From NCBI GenBank assembly GCA_965205205.1, contig CBDBFX010000002.1:1821506-1885505 (forward strand): a stretch of DNA of 64,000 nt, given 5' to 3'. The position numbers and the translations under genes were made by a program. This stretch comes from Arenicellales bacterium. GTDB lineage: Bacteria > Pseudomonadota > Gammaproteobacteria > Arenicellales > JAJDZL01. The first letter of the stretch is position 1. Every line of letters begins with the position of its first letter. Shown here in pieces: positions 56,923 to 64,000 of the stretch. The notes below the pieces were generated by a model. That model was not told the origin of the DNA. It ran no database searches and saw only the letters and a list, made by a program, of their open reading frames with translations.

Positions 56923-58812
56923 ATGAATCAAAATTCCTGGTGGCGCTATCTGCTGATCGCCGCGGTCTTGATCCCTGGTATTTTTTATGCCCTGCCCAAT
57001 CTGTTCGGCGATGATCCTGGGCTGCAGGTCAGGGTGGCGCGGACAACAGGGGCCGACCCCATGCTGTTGGGTCGAATCGAAACCATTCTGCAGCAGGAAC
57101 AGATCCAGCCACTGGGTCTGATTTCTGATGATACCGGAGTGCGCGTTCGATTTCAGGATGCCGAACAGCAGCTGCGAGCCCGCGACCGACTGCAGGAACT
57201 GCTGGGGAATCGCTACACCATCGCGCTGACTCTGGTACCGTCGGCACCGTCATGGATGAGTTCTCTCGGCTTGAATCCGATGTATCTCGGCCTGGATCTG
57301 AGAGGGGGTGTGCACTTCCTGATGGAGGTGGACCTGGACAGTGCGATCGATAGGGCCGAAGACCGCTATGTGGAGTCGATTCGCAGAACTCTGCGCGAGA
57401 ATGCCGTCCGATATGCATCCGCTCGCCGTTCGAGTTTCGAAAGTGGTGTTGAGATTAAGTTCCGCGATGCAGATGCGCGGTCTGCGGCATCCGATGTCAT
57501 TGAAGATGAGTTTCCCGAACTGCAGGTGCGAGAGTTTCAACGTGAAGGCGAGATCTATCTCGCAGTCGAACTCAATGAAGCTGAGATTGATGAACTGAAA
57601 GCTTTTGCCATCGAACAGAATATTGTCGCGCTACGAAACCGTATCGATGAGCTTGGCGTCGCCGAGCCGGTGGTGCAAAGACAGGGAGAAAATCGCATCG
57701 TCATTCAGCTGCCCGGCGTGCAGGATACCGCCCGCGCGAAACGCATACTTGGCCGCACCGCGACATTGGAAATCCGATTGGTTGATGAGGAGCATGACCT
57801 GACCGCGGCGCTGCAGGGATCCGTACCACTGGGCTCGGCATTGTATGAAATGCGCGATGGTTCTCAGATCTTACTCAAGAAACCTGTCATTTATTCGGGT
57901 GACAACATTGTCGATGCCGCGGCCAGTCTGGACACACAGACCGGCGGGCCCATTGTCAGCATTACGCTTGATTCCCGAGGAGCGTCCATCAATCAGAAAG
58001 TTACCGGCGAAAACATCGGCCGGCGAATGGCGGTGGTCTATATCGAATCGCGCTCGGAACCCAAGCGAGATGCCGCCGGTCAACTGGTGTTTGATGATGA
58101 AGGCAATCCAGTACGGGTCAAAGAACGGCTGGAGGAGGTGATCACCGCACCGGTTATCCGCGATCAACTTGGCCGCCGCTTTCAGATTGAGGGTCTTGAC
58201 AGTGTTACGGAAGCAAGAGATCTGTCTCTGCTGCTGCGGGCTGGCGCCCTGGCGGCTCCGGTTGATATTATTGAGGAGCGCACGGTCGGTCCCAGTCTCG
58301 GAGAGCAGAACATACTGCAGGGGCTGCAGTCCGTCACCGTTGGATTTGTATTGGTTTTGATCTTCATGATCGTCTACTACCGATTGTTTGGACTGGTGGC
58401 CAATCTGGCGCTGGCGCTCAATTTGGTATTGATTGTCGCAGTGCTGTCCGCCATTCAGGCGACGCTGACCCTGCCAGGAGTGGCTGGCATCGTATTGACG
58501 GTCGGAATCGCGGTGGATGCCAATGTGCTCATTTTCGAGAGAATACGCGAAGAACTGAGAAACAGAAACACACCCCAGAACAGCATTCGAGTGGGTTATG
58601 AACGCGCCTTTTCCACCATTGTCGATGCCAATATCACCACGCTGATCGCGGCGATCGTATTGTTCAATTTTGGCACCGGACCCATCAAGGGTTTTGCCGT
58701 AACCCTGAGCATCGGCATCGTCACATCGATGTTTACTGCGATACTCGGTACTCGAACGGTGATCAACCTGATCTACGGTCGGCGGCGGCGCCTGACCGCG
58801 TTGGCGATCTAG
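56923..58812 (+). CDS. secD: Protein translocase subunit SecD
   Basis: 629 aa with an N-terminal TM helix, a large periplasmic domain, and a C-terminal 5-TM block (GIVLTVGIAVDANVLIFERIREE). Confidence 0.9.
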   Translation: MNQNSWWRYLLIAAVLIPGIFYALPNLFGDDPGLQVRVARTTGADPMLLGRIETILQQEQIQPLGLISDDTGVRVRFQDAEQQLRARDRLQELLGNRYTIALTLVPSAPSWMSSLGLNPMYLGLDLRGGVHFLMEVDLDSAIDRAEDRYVESIRRTLRENAVRYASARRSSFESGVEIKFRDADARSAASDVIEDEFPELQVREFQREGEIYLAVELNEAEIDELKAFAIEQNIVALRNRIDELGVAEPVVQRQGENRIVIQLPGVQDTARAKRILGRTATLEIRLVDEEHDLTAALQGSVPLGSALYEMRDGSQILLKKPVIYSGDNIVDAAASLDTQTGGPIVSITLDSRGASINQKVTGENIGRRMAVVYIESRSEPKRDAAGQLVFDDEGNPVRVKERLEEVITAPVIRDQLGRRFQIEGLDSVTEARDLSLLLRAGALAAPVDIIEERTVGPSLGEQNILQGLQSVTVGFVLVLIFMIVYYRLFGLVANLALALNLVLIVAVLSAIQATLTLPGVAGIVLTVGIAVDANVLIFERIREELRNRNTPQNSIRVGYERAFSTIVDANITTLIAAIVLFNFGTGPIKGFAVTLSIGIVTSMFTAILGTRTVINLIYGRRRRLTALAI

Positions 58813-58827
58813 ACGGTGTATATTGGT

Positions 58828-59817
58828 ATGGAGTTTCTCAAGAAAGACCTCGCACTTGATTTTCTCGGTCACAGGCGTATTGCGGCCATCGTCTCTGGCG
58901 TGTTGATTGTGGTCTGCCTGGCATCCATTGTGTTTCGAGGCATCAATTTCGGACTGGACTTTACCGGTGGCACGCTTGTTGAAATTCGATTCGAGGAACA
59001 GGTGAGTGTTGACGATGTGCGCGAACAGTTGGCGGCGGTGGGCATTGAAGATACGACGGTTCAATATTTCGGTACCAGTCGCGACATCATGATCAGACTG
59101 CCATCTCGAGAACAGGTCGGCAGTGCCGCTGAACAGAGCACCAAGATCATTGAAACTCTGCGCGCTCCTTATGGTGAGAATCTGGTCGAATCGCTGGCCG
59201 GTGGTCTGCAGTCGTGTAGCAAGAGCGATGGGGTGATTGGCGATTGTTTCGTACAGATGCGTCGGGTTGAATTTGTCGGGCCGAAAGTTGGACAGGAGCT
59301 CACTGACCAGGGCGGGTTGGCCATGATCTATGCTCTGATCGGCATTCTGATTTACGTAGCATGGCGGTTCGAGTGGCGGTTTTCAGTGGGTGCGGTCGCC
59401 GCACTCGTGCACGATGTGTTGATCACTGTGGGTATGTTTTCAATTTTTCAGATTGATTTCTCACTGGCCGTGATGGCGGCCGTCCTCGCCGTCATTGGAT
59501 ATTCTCTTAACGATACGATTGTCGTGTTCGATCGGAGCCGGGAAAATTTCAGGAAAAGCCGCAGTGGAACGGCACTTGAAATTATGAACCGCTCCATCAA
59601 TCAGACATTGCGGCGCACCATTCTGACTTCCACGACAACGCTTCTGGTGGTGCTGACCCTGCTTCTGTTCGGTGGCGAGGTGATCTGGGGGTTCGCGTTC
59701 GCACTGCTGGTTGGCGTGCTGGTTGGTACTTATTCATCAATCTTCATTGCCAGTCCAGTCGTACTGGCGCTGCGGATATCGCGGGAAGATATGGAAGTGG
59801 AGGAAAAGACTGGCTAG
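58828..59817 (+). CDS. secF: Protein translocase subunit SecF
   Basis: The product starts MEFLKKDLALDFLGHRRI and contains GINFGLDFTGGT and YSLNDTIVVFDRSREN. An alternative GTG start is at 58816. Confidence 0.9.
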   Translation: MEFLKKDLALDFLGHRRIAAIVSGVLIVVCLASIVFRGINFGLDFTGGTLVEIRFEEQVSVDDVREQLAAVGIEDTTVQYFGTSRDIMIRLPSREQVGSAAEQSTKIIETLRAPYGENLVESLAGGLQSCSKSDGVIGDCFVQMRRVEFVGPKVGQELTDQGGLAMIYALIGILIYVAWRFEWRFSVGAVAALVHDVLITVGMFSIFQIDFSLAVMAAVLAVIGYSLNDTIVVFDRSRENFRKSRSGTALEIMNRSINQTLRRTILTSTTTLLVVLTLLLFGGEVIWGFAFALLVGVLVGTYSSIFIASPVVLALRISREDMEVEEKTG

Positions 59818-59911
59818 AATCTTCGGCGCGTCAAGCCGGCGAGTCAGTTCGGAGATCGGTGACTTCGTCGCGATGAATCAGGATCGCAAGCAACGGAAAA
59901 AAGAAATCGCG

Positions 59912-61012
59912 ATGGCAGACTGTTCCGATGCTTTCTATATGAGACGAGCCATTGAACTGGCTGGTCGACCCGTTTCAGCACCTCACCCCAACCCGCGCGT
60001 CGGCTGTGTGATTGTAAAGGATGGGCGCATCGTTGCGGAGGGTTTTCACCGGGCGTCCGGCACTGCTCATGCGGAAATCGCGGCGCTGGACGCCGCGCCG
60101 GATGTTGAAGGAGGTACCCTTTATGTTACGCTTGAACCCTGCGCGACCCATGGTCGGACGCCACCCTGCGTCGAGCGCCTACTGAGTGCTGGAATCAGAC
60201 GGGCGGTCATCGCCGATTCCGACCCCAATTCTGTCAATCGGGGATTGGGCATCTGCCGATTGCGTGAAGCGGGGATTCAGACGGACGTCGGTACGCTCGC
60301 CGTGCCGGCGCGGGCGCTGAACCGCGGCTTCTATGCGCGGCATCAGCGAGGCATGCCATGGGTGACTGCGAAGATAGCCGCCACACTGGATGGACGCATT
60401 GCGACCGCTAAAGGTGAGAGTCAATGGATAAGCGGGGAAGCCGCCCGCGCCGACGTTCAAAGACTGCGGGCGCAGTCTGCCGCGGTTATGACCGGAGTGG
60501 GTACGGTGCTTTTTGACAATCCCAGACTCAGCTGTCGTCTTGATGATGTACGAGTTCAGCCTCTGCGCGTGATTGCCGACAGTGAGCTGCGGATGCCTGC
60601 TGATGCAAGACTGTTCGCTGAGCCGGGCGACATACTGATTGCAGTCAGTCGGGATGTCTCTCCGCAGCGTCGCCAGATTTTCTCAGCCCGGGCGAGCATC
60701 GTCTCATTCAAAGCGGCCGACGGACGGGTGGACTGCGAGAAACTGCTAGCCTTTCTGGCGCAGCAGGAGATCAATGAAGTACTGGTCGAAGCGGGGCCGA
60801 CGCTGTTGGGAAGACTTCTGCAGGCGCAGCTGATTGATGAAATCGTCGTTTATCTGGCACCGGCGATATTGGGAGATTCGGCAATGGGGATGTTACGAGT
60901 GCCCCCGATTGAAGCGCTCAGCGATCGATATGGCGGGCGCTTTACGGACCTTCGGCTGATCGGTGATGATGTCTGTCTGCGCATGGAGTTCGGTCGGTCA
61001 TCCGCTGGATGA
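59912..61012 (+). CDS. ribD: Bifunctional riboflavin biosynthesis protein RibD (deaminase/reductase)
   Basis: The ATG at 59912 gives MADCSDAFYMRRAIELA. The deaminase zinc motifs HAEIAAL and PCATHGRTPPC are present, followed by a reductase domain. The ORF-track start at 59711 overlaps secF. An alternative ATG is at 59873. Confidence 0.85.
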   Translation: MADCSDAFYMRRAIELAGRPVSAPHPNPRVGCVIVKDGRIVAEGFHRASGTAHAEIAALDAAPDVEGGTLYVTLEPCATHGRTPPCVERLLSAGIRRAVIADSDPNSVNRGLGICRLREAGIQTDVGTLAVPARALNRGFYARHQRGMPWVTAKIAATLDGRIATAKGESQWISGEAARADVQRLRAQSAAVMTGVGTVLFDNPRLSCRLDDVRVQPLRVIADSELRMPADARLFAEPGDILIAVSRDVSPQRRQIFSARASIVSFKAADGRVDCEKLLAFLAQQEINEVLVEAGPTLLGRLLQAQLIDEIVVYLAPAILGDSAMGMLRVPPIEALSDRYGGRFTDLRLIGDDVCLRMEFGRSSAG

Positions 61013-61025
61013 ATCGGCAGTTGGT

Positions 61026-61661
61026 ATGTTTACAGGAATCATTGAATCAGTCGGTAGCATCAGGCGTCTGGAGCAGTCGGCTGCGGGCCTTCAACTCAGT
61101 GTTGCGCCTGGTGCCGTGGAACCAGCGAGCCTGAATATCGGCGACAGCGTTGCAGTGAGCGGTGTCTGCCTTACCGTAGCGGGCATTCGGGAACAAATGG
61201 TTGATTTTCATGTGTCAAATGAAACGGTTTCGCGCACGCGATTCGCTCAATGTTCGTTGGGTCAGCGGGTGAACATCGAACGGTCGCTGACGCTTGCCGT
61301 GCCGCTCGGCGGACACTTGGTTTCGGGGCATGTTGACGGAATGGCGCGCTGTAGTGCAAAAACACCCGATGGCGCTTCCTGTCGGCTCGAATTTGAGGTG
61401 GCAGGCGATGCACTGGGTCAGTTTATGGTTGAGAAGGGTTCGGTGGCGATAGATGGCGTCAGCATGACCATTAATTCCGTCGTTGACCGGGCGGACTTGA
61501 CCTGTTTTACGGTCAACGTGATTCCGCACACTTCAGTTGCGACAACTTTGGGAGAACTCGAGGTGGGCCAGCAGGTTCATATTGAAATTGACATGCTGGC
61601 CCGTTACGCATACCGAATGATGGAATATGCGGGTTTGGTACATCGTGACCGCGGGATGTAG
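61026..61661 (+). CDS. ribE: Riboflavin synthase
   Basis: The internal ATG at 61026 gives the canonical MFTGIIESVG N-terminus. The duplicated lumazine-binding domains are present. Confidence 0.85.
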   Translation: MFTGIIESVGSIRRLEQSAAGLQLSVAPGAVEPASLNIGDSVAVSGVCLTVAGIREQMVDFHVSNETVSRTRFAQCSLGQRVNIERSLTLAVPLGGHLVSGHVDGMARCSAKTPDGASCRLEFEVAGDALGQFMVEKGSVAIDGVSMTINSVVDRADLTCFTVNVIPHTSVATTLGELEVGQQVHIEIDMLARYAYRMMEYAGLVHRDRGM

Positions 61662-61830
61662 ATCGACATGCTTTGCAGTCTCGTTATTGATGCGGTTGGA
61701 AACGGAATGAGTGATCCTCTGAACTTTTCGAGATCGAAATGGACGTTTGGAAATCTCGCAATTGATCATCGGCCCCGTTCAAGCACTAAAATATGGAAAC
61801 TGTTCGGTATCCGTCAATAGGAGATGCAGC

Positions 61831-62979
61831 ATGGCAACCGCACCCAATCCGACCCCGCTGACTGGTAATGCCGCGTCGGGCATCAGCCCGATGGAGTCCA
61901 TTCTGCAGGATTTCGCCGCCGGCAAGATGGTTATTCTGGTTGATGACGAGGCGCGGGAAAACGAAGGTGATCTTTTGCTCGCGGCAGAATGTGTGTCCGC
62001 CGAGCACATCAACTTCATGGCGACTCATGGCCGCGGTCTGATCTGCCTGTCACTGACCAAGGAACGCTGCAGAACGCTACAGCTGCCGCTGATGGTCAGA
62101 GAAAACACCTCTCCGTACGCGACGGCGTTTACGGTTTCCATTGAAGCGGCCAAGGGTGTGTCGACTGGCATTTCCGCCGCCGATCGGGCGACCACCGTTC
62201 AGGCTGCGGTCCGTCGGTCCGCGAAACCGTCGGATCTGGTTACTCCGGGTCATATTTTTCCAGTCATTGCGGAGCCAGGAGGCGTTCTGATTCGTGCTGG
62301 ACATACGGAGGCAGGAAGTGATCTTGCGAGACTTTGTGGGTTGGAGCCGGCGAGCGTGCTGTGCGAGATTCTGAATGCCGACGGTACCATGGCCAGGCTG
62401 GGTGATCTCATTGAATTCAGTAAGACTCACCACATCAAAATCGGTACGATCGCTGATTTGATCCGCTATCGGCTGGCAACCGAGTCAACGGTTGAACGGG
62501 AGCACGAGACCGATCTGCAGACCGATTATGGGGAAGTGCGAGCCATCACTTTTCGCGACAAGGTGAGTGGCAAGTCGCATCTGGCGTTGGTCAGAGGTGA
62601 AATTGTGGCCGCTCGACCAACAATATTACGCGTGCATGCGTTCACCGGTCTGTCGGAAGTGCTTGACGCGATGACGCCAGGGGGTCATTCGTATACGGTA
62701 CGAAGCGCAATGCGGCGCATTATGCGTGAAGATTCGGGAGCCGTCGTCGTACTGAATTATCAGCGCGACTTCAGTGGCCAGCAGATGTCTGGTATTGAGG
62801 ATGACACGCAGTTGGGAGACGGTGCTGGTACGCATGATGTTCGAATGATCGGTATTGGCAGTCAGATCGCGGCCAATCTGGGGTTTGGCAAGTTGAAGGT
62901 GTTGGGTCATCCGCTCAGAATGCATGGCCTGTCCGGTTTTGGCTTGACGGTTGTCGAATATCTCCCGCCGGAGGACTGA
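61831..62979 (+). CDS. ribBA: Bifunctional 3,4-dihydroxy-2-butanone-4-phosphate synthase / GTP cyclohydrolase II-like protein
   Basis: The ATG at 61831 is preceded by AGGAG. The DHBP synthase motifs DDEARENEGDL and RAGHTEA are present, followed by a C-terminal GCHII-like domain. Confidence 0.85.
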   Translation: MATAPNPTPLTGNAASGISPMESILQDFAAGKMVILVDDEARENEGDLLLAAECVSAEHINFMATHGRGLICLSLTKERCRTLQLPLMVRENTSPYATAFTVSIEAAKGVSTGISAADRATTVQAAVRRSAKPSDLVTPGHIFPVIAEPGGVLIRAGHTEAGSDLARLCGLEPASVLCEILNADGTMARLGDLIEFSKTHHIKIGTIADLIRYRLATESTVEREHETDLQTDYGEVRAITFRDKVSGKSHLALVRGEIVAARPTILRVHAFTGLSEVLDAMTPGGHSYTVRSAMRRIMREDSGAVVVLNYQRDFSGQQMSGIEDDTQLGDGAGTHDVRMIGIGSQIAANLGFGKLKVLGHPLRMHGLSGFGLTVVEYLPPED

Positions 62980-62980
62980 G

Positions 62981-63466
62981 TTGGTGCTGACGGATCAAAG
63001 CGACGGGCAGAAGTCGCTCAATGGCGATATCAGTTTGGGTCTGGTCGTCAGCGATTATTATCGCGATATCGCACAGGGTCTGCTGAGCGGTGTGATGAGT
63101 GTGTTGGACGAGCACTCAGAAGTTCGCCATGAAATCGTCCGGGTCAGTGGGGCATGGGAAATCCCGCTGATCGGTCATGTGATGGCGCAGTCCAAACGCT
63201 TTCAGGCGCTGATTGCCATTGGTTGCATCATTCGCGGCGAGACATCGCACTTTGATCATCTCTGCCAACAGTGCGCCCGGGCATTGATGACATTGAGCAT
63301 GGACTACACCATTCCAGTCGGATTTGGTGTACTGACCGTTGACGACCATATTCAGGCGCAGCAGCGGTCAAGCGTTGAGGATCTGAAGAAAAACAAAGGC
63401 TGCGAAGCGGCTGTGAGCGTACTGCGCTCCATCTATGCCATCGATGAAATTCGTCGGAATTATTAG
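62981..63466 (+). CDS. ribH: 6,7-dimethyl-8-ribityllumazine synthase
   Basis: A TTG/GTG start at 62981/62984 follows GGAGGA and the ribBA stop. The product contains VRVSGAWEIPL and GCIIRGETSHFD. Confidence 0.8.
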   Translation: MVLTDQSDGQKSLNGDISLGLVVSDYYRDIAQGLLSGVMSVLDEHSEVRHEIVRVSGAWEIPLIGHVMAQSKRFQALIAIGCIIRGETSHFDHLCQQCARALMTLSMDYTIPVGFGVLTVDDHIQAQQRSSVEDLKKNKGCEAAVSVLRSIYAIDEIRRNY

Positions 63467-63477
63467 TTCAGTTCGCC

Positions 63478-63903
63478 ATGAAAGTATCAGCAAGGCACTA
63501 TGCGAGACTCGGTGCCGTTCAATATCTTTACTTTCTGCATGCACAAAGCCACTCATTTGATCGTTCCGACGATCAGATTCTGCTTGATGCGGATGTTCTG
63601 CTCAATGGCGATCTGAGTTACTTTCAGAAACTGCTCCGAGCCATTCCGCCAAGAATTCCCGAAATCGACGAATTGCTGTCAACGGTCATTCATCGCGGGA
63701 TTGATGCGATTGATGCTGTGGAACTCGCCATTCTACGGCTTGGGGTGTATGAACTGATTGCAGAATACGATGTACCCCTGAAAGTGATTGCGAATGAGTG
63801 CATTGAACTGTCTCGAGAGTTTGGCAATCCGGACAGTTACAAGTTTATCAATGGTACGCTAGACAAACTGGCATTCGGTAGCCAGGCTCGCCTGCACCAG
63901 CAG
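63478..63903 (+). CDS. nusB: Transcription antitermination factor NusB (no stop codon; frame continues into thiL)
   Basis: The product has ARHYARLGAVQYLY and ends in the NusB-like ...YKFINGTLDKLA. My hand translation finds no in-frame stop between 63478 and 64000. Confidence 0.75.
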
Positions 63904-64000
63904 ATGGGTCGGAGTAACGGAACTGGTGGCAGCCGCGAGTTCGATATCATTCGACGGTACTTCGCCAACCGGCAGAACGGTGACGCAGGCATAGTGACAG
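63904..64000 (+). CDS. thiL: Thiamine-monophosphate kinase ThiL, 5' fragment (runs off the window)
   Basis: The ATG at 63904 gives MGRSNGTGGSREFDIIRRYFANRQ. EFDxIxRYF is the ThiL N-terminal signature. The gene is in the same frame as nusB. Confidence 0.6.
   Translation, partial: MGRSNGTGGSREFDIIRRYFANRQNGDAGIVT

Noticed and set aside
57871-59064. 397-aa ORF antisense to secD and secF.
   Set aside because: secD and secF are unambiguous. The antisense product spans the gene boundary and is compositionally odd.
59818-61830. An FMN (RFN) riboswitch upstream of ribD or ribBA.
   Set aside because: The leaders are short. I could not find the conserved RFN core elements (the GGGCAGGGTGAAATTCCC-type or GGATGGG-type blocks) in 59818-59911 or 61662-61830.

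Overview
No BLAST or HMM search was possible, so family names rest on motifs read from the translations, gene order and recalled family signatures. The window looks like a proteobacterial chromosome (about 50% GC by eye) in three parts.

(1) 1-24971 is a minus-strand block of a PFGI-1/pKLC102/PAPI-1-type integrative conjugative element (ICE). It holds a parB / DUF2857 / STY4528-like maintenance module, ardC, a complete type IVb conjugative pilus cluster (pilL-N-O-P-Q-R-S-V, a prepilin peptidase and a pilM-position gene), and the colinear TIGR037xx mating-pore genes with a VirB4/TraC ATPase. The genes are tightly coupled (ATGA-type overlaps). No integrase, relaxase, coupling protein, parA or dnaB is visible, and the element runs off the left edge.

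(2) 24972-27378 is an odd junction. It contains a 3.25 x 390-bp tandem array with seven invariant copies of the palindrome GTGTTTACCAGGTAAACAC directly upstream of parB, followed by an AT-rich stretch.

(3) 27379-64000 is chromosomal backbone:
- metZ, with a possible SAM-II-like leader
- an accessory islet with a 10-repeat Sel1 protein and decayed fragments
- a leucine/isovalerate (liu) catabolic operon
- a thioesterase and a nitronate monooxygenase
- a GC-rich orphan AAA+ ATPase abutting a decayed DNA methyltransferase
- icmF, an SDR, an MFS transporter and a hydroxyacid dehydrogenase
- tgt, then an inserted autotransporter with a G10 tract in its first 30 codons, then yajC-secD-secF
- ribD-ribE-ribBA-ribH-nusB, with nusB reading in frame into thiL

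The best candidates for something new are the parB-adjacent palindrome array (a putative ICE centromere, iteron set or structured-RNA array), the G10 switch on the autotransporter, the fibre-tipped PilV adhesin, and the ATPase/methyltransferase-remnant islet.
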